This document shows positions 43,161-54,388 of a stretch of DNA of 64,000 nucleotides, piece after piece (within the stretch, counting starts at the first letter, position 1; each line of letters begins with the position of its first letter). The position numbers and the translations under genes were made by a program. Below the pieces are notes generated by a model, which worked only from the letters and a program-made list of their open reading frames with translations, was not told the DNA's origin and did no database searches. The stretch comes from Clostridia bacterium. Lineage in GTDB: Bacteria; Bacillota; Clostridia; Oscillospirales; Acutalibacteraceae. The stretch is from positions 27,146 to 91,145 of the forward strand of contig CAAGJN010000067.1 in assembly GCA_900770255.1 (NCBI GenBank), in the 5' to 3' direction.

Positions 43161-44045
43161 TTATTCTTCGCTGACTATCTCAACGCCGCAGTCTGCCGTT
43201 TTGCACAGATGGACGCTTCTGACAAGGCCGCTCGCTTCAAGCTCGCCGCAGCAGTCGGAAGCACTCTTTTCATCCTCAAAGAGGCCGAACACGGTCGGCC
43301 CGCTGCCGCTCATCTGGGCGAGCGAGCAGCCGTATCTGCGCATAATACTCTTTATCCTTACACGCTCCGGAACCTCGATCGTCTGCTCAAAGACGTTGCC
43401 CGCATGGCGGCAGATCGCCTCAAAATCGCCGCTTGCCGCCGCGTCGAGCATGCCGACTTTGTTGGGATGATAAATATAATTCGCAGAATCAAAATCTCCG
43501 TAGGCGCGCGCCGTCGAAACTCCGCTCGCGGGCTTCGCGAGCACCGCATAGCAGCTTTTGAGCTCCGGCAGAGGCGAGAGTATGCCGCCCGTGTGCTGCG
43601 AGAGCATCGTGCCGCCGATAATGCAAAATGGCACATCGCTGCCTATTTTGAGGCCTATTTCGCACATTTCGCGCTCGGTAAGGTGCGTTTTGAACAACTT
43701 ATTGAGCCCTACGATAACGCCCGCTCCATCTGCGCTGCCGCCCGCAAGCCCCGCTTCAAACGGAATATTCTTGCCGATATGTATGTCTACCCCTCTGCCC
43801 TGAAGGCCGGTCTTTTCAAGAAAAGCCTGAGCAGCGCGGTAGGCTATATTTTTGCCGTCCACCGGCAGGGCGGGCTCCGAGCAGGTGAGCTTTATCATGC
43901 CGCTGTCATTTTCCTGTACGGTCACCGTGTCGGCAAGCGATACGGACTGCATGACCATAAACAACGAATGGTATCCGCTGGGCAGCTTTGCGAGGATATC
44001 GAGAAAAAGATTGATCTTTGCATTTGCTCTGAGTTCGATTTTCAC
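43161..44045 (-). CDS. ispE: 4-(cytidine 5'-diphospho)-2-C-methyl-D-erythritol kinase
   Basis: …KINLFLDI…, …PFEAGLAGGSADGAG… GHMP-kinase motif. Confidence 0.92.
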   Translation of the reverse strand: MKIELRANAKINLFLDILAKLPSGYHSLFMVMQSVSLADTVTVQENDSGMIKLTCSEPALPVDGKNIAYRAAQAFLEKTGLQGRGVDIHIGKNIPFEAGLAGGSADGAGVIVGLNKLFKTHLTEREMCEIGLKIGSDVPFCIIGGTMLSQHTGGILSPLPELKSCYAVLAKPASGVSTARAYGDFDSANYIYHPNKVGMLDAAASGDFEAICRHAGNVFEQTIEVPERVRIKSIMRRYGCSLAQMSGSGPTVFGLFEDEKSASDCCGELEASGLVRSVHLCKTADCGVEIVSEE

Positions 44046-44072
44046 TGCTTGCCTCCCCTTTCGAGCCTGTGT

Positions 44073-44882
44073 TTATTCTATGGGTATCTGAACCGGCGTG
44101 CGGTTCTGGAACAGCGTCACGCTATCAAAGCCGCTGCGTTTTGCGATCTCTATTCCGGAGCCAATGCCCGCGCCGATGTCCTTGGCGTAGTGCGCGTCCG
44201 AGCCGACGGTAACCATCTCGCCGCCGAGTTCCTTAAAGCGCCTGACCACAGCTTCCTCGGGCATCGTCCTGCCGAGCGTCTGCCTAAGGCCCGAGGTGTT
44301 TATCTCGAGCGCCTTGTTATTTTTGACGAGCAGCGAAAGTATCTCATCGATCTTTTCGCCGAACGCCGAAATATCGACGGGAATATTATGCTCTCCGACT
44401 ATATAGCGCAAAGGATACGTCATATGCGCCAGCGCGTCGAACTTTGCCCACGCGGCGAGCTTTATCAGCTCGTCAAAATAGCGGTTGAGAAGATCGGTTA
44501 CATCCCATTGGGAATAGTCAAGGTACATAAAATCCTGCTCATTCTCAAAATTGTGCACGGAGGCGACAACAAAATCATACGGCAGGGAGCGCAGTATCTC
44601 CTCGGACGTCGCGACGTCATACATCGGCTGACCGAGCTCAATTCCCGCACACACGAGCAGCTTGCCGCAGAAAGCGGAGCGCGCCTTCGTCACATCGATA
44701 AACGACTGGAGCGCAGCGCGGTCATAGTGATCGCGCCTGTAAAAATCCGCCTCGACGTGATCCGTGAAGGCAATAGCCCTGAGTCCCGCCAGCTCAGCGC
44801 GCTCGCACATATACATCGCCGAATGATGCCCGTCCGGAGAGTTGTCAGTATGAACATGAGTGTCGATTATTCTATGGGGCAT
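44073..44882 (-). CDS. PHP-domain phosphoesterase (histidinol-phosphatase HisJ family)
   Basis: MPHRIIDTHVHTDNSPDGH… metal-binding start, …GSDAHY…. The track's upstream extension is discarded. Confidence 0.75.
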   Translation of the reverse strand: MPHRIIDTHVHTDNSPDGHHSAMYMCERAELAGLRAIAFTDHVEADFYRRDHYDRAALQSFIDVTKARSAFCGKLLVCAGIELGQPMYDVATSEEILRSLPYDFVVASVHNFENEQDFMYLDYSQWDVTDLLNRYFDELIKLAAWAKFDALAHMTYPLRYIVGEHNIPVDISAFGEKIDEILSLLVKNNKALEINTSGLRQTLGRTMPEEAVVRRFKELGGEMVTVGSDAHYAKDIGAGIGSGIEIAKRSGFDSVTLFQNRTPVQIPIE

Positions 44883-45084
44883 GGCTGTTCCTCCGAAAAC
44901 TGCTGGATAAAATATACTGGATAAAATATATAATAACATATTTTGCCGCACACGAACAGTATTAAACACAAAAAATTTCAAATTATTATCCTGCTATTGA
45001 GAATGGGCATAAAATATGATAGAATGTTTAAATATTATAGGGATCAATACATATGGGCAATAAGTAATGCAAAGGAGAATGAAA

Positions 45085-45354
45085 ATGAGAGCTGTTATGA
45101 CTGTAACGGGCAAGGATATCATCGGCATACTCGCCGAGGTTTCGGGAAAATGCTCGTCCCTCAACGTAAATATAACCGAAGTTACGCAGAGCGTTCTGCA
45201 GGATATTTTCTGCATGATCATGCTCGTCGATACTGAGAAATGCTCCGTGCCGCTGTCCGAATTCTCAGATATCATGACCGAGCTCGGCCGCGAGCACGGT
45301 CTCGACATCCACGTCATGCACGAAGCTGTTTTTGATTCGATGTACCACGTTTGA
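45085..45354 (+). CDS. ACT-domain protein (UPF0237)
   Basis: MRAVMTVTGKDIIGILAEVSGKCS… small ACT fold, paired with the UPF0210 gene immediately downstream. Confidence 0.8.
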   Translation: MRAVMTVTGKDIIGILAEVSGKCSSLNVNITEVTQSVLQDIFCMIMLVDTEKCSVPLSEFSDIMTELGREHGLDIHVMHEAVFDSMYHV

Positions 45355-45368
45355 GAGGATAACGCCAT

Positions 45369-46724
45369 ATGATAAACACAAGGGACATTCTCGAGACGAT
45401 ACATATGATCGAGGATGAAAATCTGGATATACGCACGATCACAATGGGTATCTCGCTGCTCGACTGCTGTTCGCAGGATATCGACGACTCCTGCCGCAGG
45501 GTCTACGACAAGATCGCCCGCCGCGCCGAAAATCTCGTCAAGGTCGGCTGCGAGATCGAGAAGGAATACGGCGTGCCGATAATCAACAAACGCGTCGCCG
45601 TAACGCCCATAGCCATGCTCGCCGCAGCCTCGGGCGGCGACCCGGTCAAATATGCGCTCACGCTCGAAAAGGCGGCGCAGGCAGTCGGGGTCAACTTTAT
45701 CGGAGGCTATTCTGCCCTTGTCCAGAAGGGCTTTGCGCCCGGCGACGAGGCTTTGATTAACAGCATACCCGAAGCGCTCGCGAACACCGAGCACGTCTGC
45801 TCGAGCGTCAACATAGGCTCTACAAAAGCCGGAATAAACATGGACGCGGTCGCACTCATGGGCAAAATAATCAGAAAAACCGCTGAGCTGACTGCCGACA
45901 ACAACTGCATCGGCGCGGCAAAGCTGGTCGTGTTCTGCAACGCGCCCGAAGATAACCCGTTCATGGCGGGCGCATTTCACGGCCCCGGCGAGCCGGAGAG
46001 CGTGATAAACGTCGGCGTATCCGGCCCCGGCGTTGTGCGCTGCGCGCTCAGGAAAATTCCCGACGGCAACCTCACCGACGTTGCCGACACGATAAAAAAG
46101 ACCGCTTTCAAAATAACCCGCCTCGGCCAACTCATCGCCAGCGAGGCCTCGCGCAGGCTCAACGTGCCGTTCGGCATAGTCGACCTCTCTCTCGCCCCGA
46201 CTCCCGCAGTCGGCGACTCCGTGGCACACATACTCGAGGAGATCGGCCTCGAACAGTGCGGCGCGCACGGCACTACCGCCGCCCTCGCGCTGCTCAACGA
46301 CGCCGTCAAGAAGGGCGGCACCATGGCCTCATCCCACGTCGGCGGTCTGTCCGGAGCATTCATCCCCGTGACCGAGGACGCCGGCATGATAGACGCCGCG
46401 CGCGCGGGCACACTTAGAATAGAGAAGCTTGAGGCGATGACGGCGGTTTGCTCCGTCGGCCTCGACATGATCGTAGTCCCCGGCGACACGACGGCCGACG
46501 TGCTCTCCGCAGTCATCGCGGACGAGGCTGCTATCGGCATGGTAAACTCCAAAACTACGGCAGTCAGGCTCATTCCCGCGATCGGCAAGCAAGCCGGTGA
46601 AGAACTCAACTTCGGCGGTCTGCTCGGCTCGGGTCCGATAATGCCGCTGAACACCTCGTCGCCCGCAAAAATGATCTCACGCGGCGGCCGCATACCCGCT
46701 CCGCTGCAGAGCCTCAAAAACTGA
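45369..46724 (+). CDS. PFL-like UPF0210 (DUF711) family protein
   Basis: [33 protein letters not shown]… is the conserved UPF0210 N-terminus. 451 aa. Confidence 0.85.
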   Translation: MINTRDILETIHMIEDENLDIRTITMGISLLDCCSQDIDDSCRRVYDKIARRAENLVKVGCEIEKEYGVPIINKRVAVTPIAMLAAASGGDPVKYALTLEKAAQAVGVNFIGGYSALVQKGFAPGDEALINSIPEALANTEHVCSSVNIGSTKAGINMDAVALMGKIIRKTAELTADNNCIGAAKLVVFCNAPEDNPFMAGAFHGPGEPESVINVGVSGPGVVRCALRKIPDGNLTDVADTIKKTAFKITRLGQLIASEASRRLNVPFGIVDLSLAPTPAVGDSVAHILEEIGLEQCGAHGTTAALALLNDAVKKGGTMASSHVGGLSGAFIPVTEDAGMIDAARAGTLRIEKLEAMTAVCSVGLDMIVVPGDTTADVLSAVIADEAAIGMVNSKTTAVRLIPAIGKQAGEELNFGGLLGSGPIMPLNTSSPAKMISRGGRIPAPLQSLKN

Positions 46725-46741
46725 TAAAAGGAAGTTTTTCA

Positions 46742-47587
46742 ATGAAAGTACTGGTCACCGGTGCAAACGGACAGCTCGGCTATGACGTGATAAAGCGACT
46801 CAGCTCCATCGGAGAAAGCCCCGTCGGCGCCGACAAAGAGGATTTTGACATAACGGACGAAAGGGCCGCAGCGGATTATATCGCTGCGCTCAAGCCTGAC
46901 GCCGTGGTTCACTGCGCCGCCTACACGGCGGTGGACAAGGCTGAGGACGATGCAGAGCTCTGCCGCAGAGTCAACGTGGACGGCACGAGAAACATCGCTC
47001 TTGCATGCCGCGGGATCGGCGCAAAGCTCGTCTATATCAGCTCCGACTACGTTTTCGGCGGGACAGGCTCCGAGCCGCTCGAACCCGGCGACAGAAAAGA
47101 TCCGCAGAACGTCTACGGCTTAACTAAGCTCGGGGGCGAAGAAGCCGCAAAGCTCTGCGAAAAGCATTTTATAGTCCGCACTTCATGGGTGTTCGGCCTC
47201 AACGGCGGCAATTTCGTCAAAACCATGCTGCGTCTCGCGCAGACGCACGACAAAATAACAGTCGTTGACGATCAGATCGGCTCGCCGACCTACACGCCCG
47301 ATCTTGCGCGCCTTATCTGCGACATGATAAAGACCGATAAATACGGCGAATATCACGCCTCAAACGAGGGCTATTGCAGCTGGGCTCAATTCGCCGCCGA
47401 AATAATGAGGCAGGCGGGAAAAAGCACGGTTATCGTGCCCTGCACAAGCGAGGAATATCCCGCCAAGGCAAAGCGCCCGGCAAATTCGCGCCTGTCGAAG
47501 TCCTGCCTCGACGCGGCCGGCTTTAAGCGTCTGCCGCCGTGGCAGGATGCGCTCGCAAGATTTCTCAAAGAGCTTGATTTAGCATAA
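46742..47587 (+). CDS. rfbD: dTDP-4-dehydrorhamnose reductase
   Basis: MKVLVTGANGQLG…, …YTAVDKAE…, 281 aa. Confidence 0.88.
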   Translation: MKVLVTGANGQLGYDVIKRLSSIGESPVGADKEDFDITDERAAADYIAALKPDAVVHCAAYTAVDKAEDDAELCRRVNVDGTRNIALACRGIGAKLVYISSDYVFGGTGSEPLEPGDRKDPQNVYGLTKLGGEEAAKLCEKHFIVRTSWVFGLNGGNFVKTMLRLAQTHDKITVVDDQIGSPTYTPDLARLICDMIKTDKYGEYHASNEGYCSWAQFAAEIMRQAGKSTVIVPCTSEEYPAKAKRPANSRLSKSCLDAAGFKRLPPWQDALARFLKELDLA

Positions 47588-47647
47588 CGTTTTATAGTAT
47601 AATAAGACGATAAGACAGCTTTCATATTTTCAAAAGGAGGAAATTCC

Positions 47648-48004
47648 TTGATTAGACTTGAAAATCATCTCGGAGTCATAGAAATCTCTCAGCCCTATTT
47701 CGCTTCGCTCATAGGCAACGCCGCCTCTTCCTGCTTCGGAGTAGCGGGAATGGCCAACAGCAACATGCGTCAGGATATACGAGCACATTTTTACAAGCAT
47801 AATTCTTTTGCAGATCAGGGGGTCTCCGTCAGAAAAGACGGCGAAGGGTTGATAGTCGATCTGCATATAATCGTGACATACGGCGTGAATATCTCCGCAA
47901 TATGTCAGAGCATCATCAACAAGGTCAGATACACCGTCGAAGAGGCCACCGGCCTCGAGGTGCACGCGGTCAATGTCTTTGTTGACGGAATGAAGAATGA
48001 ATAA
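47648..48004 (+). CDS. Asp23/Gls24 family envelope-stress protein
   Basis: TTG start with an AAGGAGG RBS. …GVIEISQPYFASLIGNAASSCFGVAGM… Conserved asp23-yloV-recG synteny. Confidence 0.85.
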   Translation: MIRLENHLGVIEISQPYFASLIGNAASSCFGVAGMANSNMRQDIRAHFYKHNSFADQGVSVRKDGEGLIVDLHIIVTYGVNISAICQSIINKVRYTVEEATGLEVHAVNVFVDGMKNE

Positions 48005-48052
48005 ACCGCTTAATATCAGTCAGCTTTTCCGGCTGTTTCGGGAGGAAAATAA

Positions 48053-49708
48053 ATGACAATCACAGGAGCTCTCCTGCGTAACGCAGTCATCAGCGCTTCG
48101 CAGGCCATAACTTCACACCGCCAGGAGATCGATGCACTCAACGTCTTTCCCGTGCCTGACGGCGACACCGGCACAAACATGTCGATGACCATAACGAACG
48201 CCGCCCGCGAGGTATCGGTTAAGGGCGACAATGAGAGCGTTTCAGCTGTTGCCGACTGCGTGGCGTCAGGACTTCTGCGCGGCGCAAGGGGCAACTCCGG
48301 CGTTATTCTCTCGCTCGTGTTCCGCGGCATTGCCAAGGGTCTCAAGGGATTGAAGGAGGCTGACGGCGCGGCGATGGCCTCGGCGCTTGAACACGGCAGC
48401 TCGTCCGCCTATAAGGCGGTAATGAAGCCGACCGAGGGCACGATCCTCACGGTCATTCGCACGGCCTCCGAGTATGCCAGAAAGGCCGTCAACAATGGCG
48501 AAACAGACGCTGTCAAGGTCTTTGACATCGCTCTCGACGGCGCAAAAGAGGCGCTCGCCGACACGCCGAACATCCTCCCCGTGCTCAAAAAAGCCGGAGT
48601 CGTCGACGCAGGCGGCAGCGGCCTTGTGTGCATATTCACGGCAATGTCAGCCGTATTCAACGGCAAAGAGGTCGAGGTCGAAGCACCGGAGATCTTGGCT
48701 CCGACTCAGACTTCCAGCGAAAACAGCGCGGCCGGCAAGGCTGAGGCTGACATACATTACACCTACTGCACCGAATTCATTTCAAACCGCGAAAACGGCA
48801 AGGATCCGCGCGAGCTGCGCGCGTATCTTGAGTCGATCGGCGACTGCGTCGTCGTTGTTGACGACGAGCATATCATCAAGGTACATGTTCATACCAACAA
48901 TCCCGGAAAGGCGATTCAGAAGGGCATTGAATACGGTCCGCTTACAAATATAAAAATCGAAAATATGCGCCAACAGCATCAGAACGCCCGCTGGGGCTCC
49001 GCTCCCGAGGAGCAGGACGAGCCCATAAGAGAGGCTGAACCGACAAAGCCGTTCGGCTACGTCACCGTCGCCTCCGGAGACGGCCTGTGCGAGCTGTTCT
49101 CGGAACTCGGCGCAGATCAGGTGGTCAGCGGCGGCCAGACGATGAACCCGAGCACAGACGATCTGCTCAAGGCCGTCCTCGCGACCCCCGCAGAGCATAT
49201 CTTCATCCTGCCCAACAACAAAAACATCATCATGGCCGCAGAGCAGGTCGATCCCCTGACTGACCGCGACGTGCGCGTTCTGCACACAAAGACGATACCG
49301 CAGGGCATCGCGGCGCTCTTAAACGTTGACGAATCCGGTTCTGCAGAGGAAAATCACCTCGCAATGATGAAGGCCGCCGAGAAGGTTTCGACCGGCCTTG
49401 TCACCTTCGCTGCCCGCGACAGCTCCGTGGACGGACAATCCGTCAAGGAGGGTCAGATACTCGGCATGGAGAACGGCAAGATCACCACGATCGAGTCGAA
49501 CGTCATTCAGGCGGCGTACAGGGTCACAAGACACCTGTTCAAGCGCGGCACCTCCTCGCTCGTTACGCTCATCTACGGCAACGGCATGACCGAGGATCAG
49601 GCCGAGGAGCTTGCTTCGCTGCTGACTGCAAAATACGGCACGGATATCGAGGTCTCCGTTATTAACGGCGGCCAGCCGGTCTATTACTTCATAATTTCAG
49701 TCGAATAA
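48053..49708 (+). CDS. yloV: DAK2-domain fusion protein YloV
   Basis: …DALNVFPVPDGDTGTNM… (Dak2 motif), 551 aa. Confidence 0.9.
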   Translation: MTITGALLRNAVISASQAITSHRQEIDALNVFPVPDGDTGTNMSMTITNAAREVSVKGDNESVSAVADCVASGLLRGARGNSGVILSLVFRGIAKGLKGLKEADGAAMASALEHGSSSAYKAVMKPTEGTILTVIRTASEYARKAVNNGETDAVKVFDIALDGAKEALADTPNILPVLKKAGVVDAGGSGLVCIFTAMSAVFNGKEVEVEAPEILAPTQTSSENSAAGKAEADIHYTYCTEFISNRENGKDPRELRAYLESIGDCVVVVDDEHIIKVHVHTNNPGKAIQKGIEYGPLTNIKIENMRQQHQNARWGSAPEEQDEPIREAEPTKPFGYVTVASGDGLCELFSELGADQVVSGGQTMNPSTDDLLKAVLATPAEHIFILPNNKNIIMAAEQVDPLTDRDVRVLHTKTIPQGIAALLNVDESGSAEENHLAMMKAAEKVSTGLVTFAARDSSVDGQSVKEGQILGMENGKITTIESNVIQAAYRVTRHLFKRGTSSLVTLIYGNGMTEDQAEELASLLTAKYGTDIEVSVINGGQPVYYFIISVE

Positions 49709-49709
49709 T

Positions 49710-51752
49710 ATGAGACTCGATACTGACATAAAATACTTAAAGGGCGTTGGCGAGAAACGCGCTGCGATGCTGTCGCGGCTGGGCGTTTCTGATGTCGGCG
49801 CCCTTGTGCGTCTTTATCCGCGGGTCTATGAGGACTGGAGAAGTATAAAGACGATCGCTCAGGCTCAAATCGGCGAGGTCTGCTGCATAAAAGCGACCGT
49901 CGGCGCGCCGGTCAGAAAGGCGTTAATTCGTAAAGGTTTGACCCTTTACAAGACCGAGGTTACAGACGGCGAGAGCGTTATGGGAGTGACGATCTTCAAC
50001 AGCAAGTTTGCCGCAGAAAAACTCGTTGAGGGCGAAGAATTTCTGTTTTTCGGCAGGGTCGGCGGCAACCTGTACCGCAAGGAGATGAGCTCCCCGGAGA
50101 TCGAGCCCTCCGAGGGCTCGGACAGAATAAGGCCGATATACCCGCAGACGCTCGGGCTAAGCTCACGCACGATAGAAAAGCTTGTTAAAACTGCGCTGAC
50201 ACAATGCCGCAACGAAATAGTTGACCCTATCCCCCAATGGCTGCGCGAAAAATACTGCCTGATGAACCTGTGGGATTCGCTGGTGAACATCCACTTTCCG
50301 AAAAATCAGGATTATCTTGAGGAGGCCCGGCGCAGGCTGATCTTTGAGGAGCTGCTGATATTGCAGCTCGGACTCGAAAAGATGCGGCTGCGCGCGCAGA
50401 AAAATGCGGGCGCGGTGATGGAAAAGGACTTTAGCGAGGAATATTTTTCACATCTCCCCTTCTCGCCCACGGGAGCGCAGCGCAGAGCTGTCAGCGAGGC
50501 CATGGCCGACATGATGAGCGGCCGGCAGATGAACCGCCTGCTCCAGGGCGACGTCGGCTCCGGCAAGACGGCGGTCGCGGCGGCGCTCGTCTATTCGGCG
50601 GCAAAAAACTCGATGCAGTCGGCTCTGATGGCACCGACGGAGGTGCTCGCCGAGCAGCACTACAAGACATTTCTCAAGCTGTTCGAGGGCTGCGGAATAA
50701 CCGTCGAGCTGCTCACAGGCTCAGACACGGCCGCGCAGAAGCGAAAGAAAAAAGAGCGGCTGAAGGCGGGTGAAACGGACCTGCTGATCGGCACCCATGC
50801 AATAATACAATCGGACGTTGAATTTAAATCGCTCGCACTCGTCATAACCGACGAACAGCATCGCTTCGGCGTTGAGCAGAGAAATGCGCTGGGCGAAAAG
50901 GGTAAAGATCCTCACCTTTACGTCATGTCCGCAACGCCGATACCGCGCACGCTTGCGCTGATAATCTACGGCGAGCTCGACGTGTCAATACTCGACGAGC
51001 TGCCGCCCGGCAGGCAGAGGATCGAGACCTACGCTGTGACCTCTGAGCTCAGGCAGCGCGCCTATAACTACGTCAAAAAGCATCTCGACGCAGGGAGGCA
51101 GGGCTACATTATCTGCCCGCTTGTAGACGAGGGCGACAACGATCTTGAGCTCGCGTCTGCCACTGAATATGCCCGCGAGCTGCAGGACGGCGCATTTCGC
51201 GGCTACACGGTCGGGTTGATGCATGGCAAGATGAGGAGCGGCGAAAAGAAAAAAGTGATGGAGTCGTTCGTCAAGGGCGAGACGCAGCTGCTCGTTTCAA
51301 CTACGGTCATAGAGGTGGGTGTTGACGTGCCGAACGCCGTAATCATGGTCATTGAAAACGCTGAGCGCTTCGGGCTCTCTCAGCTCCATCAGCTCAGAGG
51401 GCGCATTGGCCGAGGGGAACATAGATCGACATGTATTCTGATAACCGACGCGCAAAACGAGACGGCACAGAGGCGCATGAAGATTATGGAGACAACGACC
51501 GACGGCTTTAAGATCGCAGACGAGGATCTCAAGCTTCGCGGCCCGGGCGAATTTTTCGGCTCGCGCCAACACGGCCTGCCGCAGATGCGTATAGCCGACA
51601 TGCTCAAAGACCGTGAAACGCTTGAAGAGACGCGCCGCGCCGCAGCCGATATAACCGCGCGCGACAGCGAGCTCGCTGACCCGGAGAACGCTGAACTCAG
51701 CCGCGAGGTGCAGAAGCTTTTCGACACGATCGGCAGCGCGGGGATGAACTGA
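49710..51752 (+). CDS. recG: ATP-dependent DNA helicase RecG
   Basis: …LKGVGEKRAAML… wedge domain, helicase motifs …GDVGSGKT…, …DEQHRFGV…, 680 aa. Confidence 0.95.
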   Translation: MRLDTDIKYLKGVGEKRAAMLSRLGVSDVGALVRLYPRVYEDWRSIKTIAQAQIGEVCCIKATVGAPVRKALIRKGLTLYKTEVTDGESVMGVTIFNSKFAAEKLVEGEEFLFFGRVGGNLYRKEMSSPEIEPSEGSDRIRPIYPQTLGLSSRTIEKLVKTALTQCRNEIVDPIPQWLREKYCLMNLWDSLVNIHFPKNQDYLEEARRRLIFEELLILQLGLEKMRLRAQKNAGAVMEKDFSEEYFSHLPFSPTGAQRRAVSEAMADMMSGRQMNRLLQGDVGSGKTAVAAALVYSAAKNSMQSALMAPTEVLAEQHYKTFLKLFEGCGITVELLTGSDTAAQKRKKKERLKAGETDLLIGTHAIIQSDVEFKSLALVITDEQHRFGVEQRNALGEKGKDPHLYVMSATPIPRTLALIIYGELDVSILDELPPGRQRIETYAVTSELRQRAYNYVKKHLDAGRQGYIICPLVDEGDNDLELASATEYARELQDGAFRGYTVGLMHGKMRSGEKKKVMESFVKGETQLLVSTTVIEVGVDVPNAVIMVIENAERFGLSQLHQLRGRIGRGEHRSTCILITDAQNETAQRRMKIMETTTDGFKIADEDLKLRGPGEFFGSRQHGLPQMRIADMLKDRETLEETRRAAADITARDSELADPENAELSREVQKLFDTIGSAGMN

Positions 51753-51790
51753 AAAAAATCCCCGGACACCTGAGTGTTCGGGGAAAATCT
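51753..51790. terminator. Bidirectional terminator between recG and rpsI
   Basis: aaaaaaatccccggacacc-tgagtg-ttcggggaaaat. Confidence 0.65.
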
Positions 51791-51796
51791 GTTCTG

Positions 51797-52195
51797 TTAT
51801 CTCTTGGAGAACTGGGGTGCACGGCGAGCGCCCTTGAGACCGTATTTCTTTCTCTCGGTCATTCTCGGATCTCTGGTCAGGAAGCCTGCCTTCTTGAGCG
51901 CGGGGCGGAGCTCCGCATCATACTGAAGGAGCGCTCTGGAGATACCGTGACGGATAGCGCCGGCCTGGCCGGTGACGCCGCCGCCGTTGACGCGGCAGAT
52001 GACGTCGAGCTTTTCACCCGTGCCGGTGAGTTCGAGAGGCTGGCGGACAATGAGCTTGAGAGTCTCAAGTCCGAAATAATCGTCTATATCTCTGTCGTTG
52101 ATGATGATTTTGCCGGTGCCGGCGTAAAGACGGACTCTGGCAACTGATTTCTTTCTGCGGCCTGTGCCGTAGAAGTAAGGAACTGAATCGTACAT
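51797..52195 (-). CDS. rpsI: 30S ribosomal protein S9
   Basis: …[13 protein letters not shown]… and …[26 protein letters not shown]. Confidence 0.97.
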   Translation of the reverse strand: MYDSVPYFYGTGRRKKSVARVRLYAGTGKIIINDRDIDDYFGLETLKLIVRQPLELTGTGEKLDVICRVNGGGVTGQAGAIRHGISRALLQYDAELRPALKKAGFLTRDPRMTERKKYGLKGARRAPQFSKR

Positions 52196-52214
52196 TATTT
52201 ATTGCCTCCCTTCA

Positions 52215-52643
52215 TTAAAGCGCCCACTCTTCGGGCTTCTGTGCCTCATGCTTATGCTCCGCGCCTCTGTAAACGCGAAGTCTGGTCAGAGCTGTGCGGC
52301 CCAGCGTGTTGTCGGGCAGCATACCCTTGACTGCAAGCTCAACTGCGAACTCGGGCTTAGTCTTCATGAGGGTGCTGTACTTGACCTCTTTCATGTTGCC
52401 GATATAACCGGTATGATGATAATACATCTTCTGGTTGAGCTTGTTGCCGGTGAGAACGGCTTTCTCAGCGTTAATGATGATGACATGATCACCGCAGTCA
52501 GCGTTGGGGGTGAAGGTGGGCTTATGCTTGCCGCGAAGAAGGACGGCAGCCTGAACTGCTACCTTGCCGAGAGGCTTACCGGCAGCATCGATGACATACC
52601 ACTTACGGGTGATGTCGCCCGCTTTGGGCATATAAGTTGACAT
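52215..52643 (-). CDS. rplM: 50S ribosomal protein L13
   Basis: …[16 protein letters not shown]… and …[10 protein letters not shown]…. Confidence 0.97.
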   Translation of the reverse strand: MSTYMPKAGDITRKWYVIDAAGKPLGKVAVQAAVLLRGKHKPTFTPNADCGDHVIIINAEKAVLTGNKLNQKMYYHHTGYIGNMKEVKYSTLMKTKPEFAVELAVKGMLPDNTLGRTALTRLRVYRGAEHKHEAQKPEEWAL

Positions 52644-52895
52644 ACTTGTTACCTCCGATATTTCTTAATGCTCCGATATATTATCACATCGCGCAAGGGT
52701 TGTCAATAGATTTTCTTTAACTTTTTAATTTATGTTTCACAAGCTCTGTTTTTCTCGCCTTTTCTCGCGTTTTCATATCATTTGCTCACTCGCGATTTAC
52801 GGAATTTTTTTATTTCGCCCATATATTCGTGCTGAAATTGACTTTGCAGCAGGCATAGTATATAATAATTATATACGATATGTGCGGAGGAAAGC

Positions 52896-53108
52896 ATGAA
52901 AAAAGAAGAAATTAAGCGCATGAACGACCTCTATCACCTCTCGCAGGAAAGAAGCCTGAGCGAGGACGAATACAACGAGTGGTCGGATCTCAAACAGAAA
53001 TACATCGCCGACTTCAAGGCGAGCCTGACAGGTCAGCTCGACAACACCTACATCATTGACGAGAAGGGCAACAAGCACAAGCTTCAGAGAAAGGCAGACT
53101 CAAAATAA
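52896..53108 (+). CDS. DUF896 (UPF0291) family small protein
   Basis: 70 aa. …EEIKRMNDLYHLSQERSLSEDEYNEWSDLKQKYIADFKASLTGQLDN… matches the YnzC-like family pattern. Confidence 0.75.
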   Translation: MKKEEIKRMNDLYHLSQERSLSEDEYNEWSDLKQKYIADFKASLTGQLDNTYIIDEKGNKHKLQRKADSK

Positions 53109-53819
53109 ATGCAGAAATTTCTCAGTCTCGTGCGCTGCGCCGTTGACAAATACTCCATGATCGAGGAGGGCGACCGCATAGCAGTCGGGCTCTCCGGCGG
53201 CAAAGACTCCGTCGCGCTGCTCACGGCTTTGGCCGAGCTGCGCAGGTTCTATCCGAAAAACTTCTCGGTGACGGCGATAACCCTTGACCCGCGCTTTGAC
53301 GGGAACAATACCGACTATTCCGAGCTTGAGGAGCTCTGCCGCCGCCTCAATATACCTTATATAATAAAGCGTACCGATCTCGGCAACATAATATTCAACC
53401 TGCGCAAAGAGAAGAACCCGTGCAGCCTGTGCGCCCGCATGCGGCGCGGCTCTCTGCACGACGCGGCAAAGGCCGCAGGGTGCAACAAAATTGCCCTGGG
53501 TCACCACATGGACGACGCCGCCGAGACGTTCATGATGAACCTTCTAAACGGCGGCACGATCGGCTCATTCAAGCCGATCACCTACCTGTCACGCAAAGAT
53601 ATTTACATGATAAGGCCGATGATTCTGGCGCGTGAGAGCGACACCGTGCGCGTTGTTCGTAAGCTTCAGCTGCCGGTTGTCAAAAGCAAATGTCCTGCCG
53701 ACGGCTCGACCGAGCGGCAGGAGGTCAAGGAGCTGCTCGCCTCTCTGGGCAAAAAATACGGCGAACTTCCGCCGAAGATAATCGGCGCGATGCAGCGCGG
53801 AGACATCAGCGGCTATTAA
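53109..53819 (+). CDS. PP-loop ATPase, TtcA-like tRNA 2-thiocytidine synthetase family
   Basis: SGGKDS PP-loop, plus conserved cysteines (…CSLCAR…, …KSKCP…). Confidence 0.8.
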   Translation: MQKFLSLVRCAVDKYSMIEEGDRIAVGLSGGKDSVALLTALAELRRFYPKNFSVTAITLDPRFDGNNTDYSELEELCRRLNIPYIIKRTDLGNIIFNLRKEKNPCSLCARMRRGSLHDAAKAAGCNKIALGHHMDDAAETFMMNLLNGGTIGSFKPITYLSRKDIYMIRPMILARESDTVRVVRKLQLPVVKSKCPADGSTERQEVKELLASLGKKYGELPPKIIGAMQRGDISGY

Positions 53820-53837
53820 AGTGAAAGAGTGATATAT

Positions 53838-54380
53838 ATGTTTTGCAGAAAATGCGGAAAGCAGCTCGACGAGAGCTTCAAAGTCTGCCCCTACTGCGGC
53901 GAACCCGTCAATCTCAAGGAGAGCGACGAGCTGCACGCAGCCCAGAAGGACCCCCTGCCGGTCTATGATCCGCCCGATCCGTCATCGGTACATAACAGCG
54001 CGCCGAAGCCCGAGCCGGAGCTTGTCCACCGGCAGCAGCCGGGCGCCGGCTCCGCGCAGGACGAAAATGTCGGCGGCTGGAAATGCCTCGGATTCTTCCT
54101 CGGCTTCTTTGCGCCGCTGCTGTGGTTTCTGCCGCTCGTCAGCCTCGTGCTCTATATCATCTGGAAGAGCGACCGGCCGAAGATGGCAAAAGCCATCGGT
54201 CAGTTCACTCTCGTCGGACTCGCGGCCGGTCTCGGGCTCGTGATAATCATCGCCGTTATCATCGGCATCATTCTCGCGATCACCGCATCAATGACTCTTT
54301 TTGAGATGCTCCGCGATTTTGCCAACGGCACGCTGAGAAGCGCCGACGACCTCTTGGAGTTGCTCCCGTTCATCAATTAA
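53838..54380 (+). CDS. Zinc-ribbon domain membrane protein
   Basis: N-terminal CRKCG…CPYCG zinc ribbon, a Pro-rich linker, then two or three hydrophobic helices. Confidence 0.6.
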   Translation: MFCRKCGKQLDESFKVCPYCGEPVNLKESDELHAAQKDPLPVYDPPDPSSVHNSAPKPEPELVHRQQPGAGSAQDENVGGWKCLGFFLGFFAPLLWFLPLVSLVLYIIWKSDRPKMAKAIGQFTLVGLAAGLGLVIIIAVIIGIILAITASMTLFEMLRDFANGTLRSADDLLELLPFIN

Positions 54381-54388
54381 AAAAAGTG

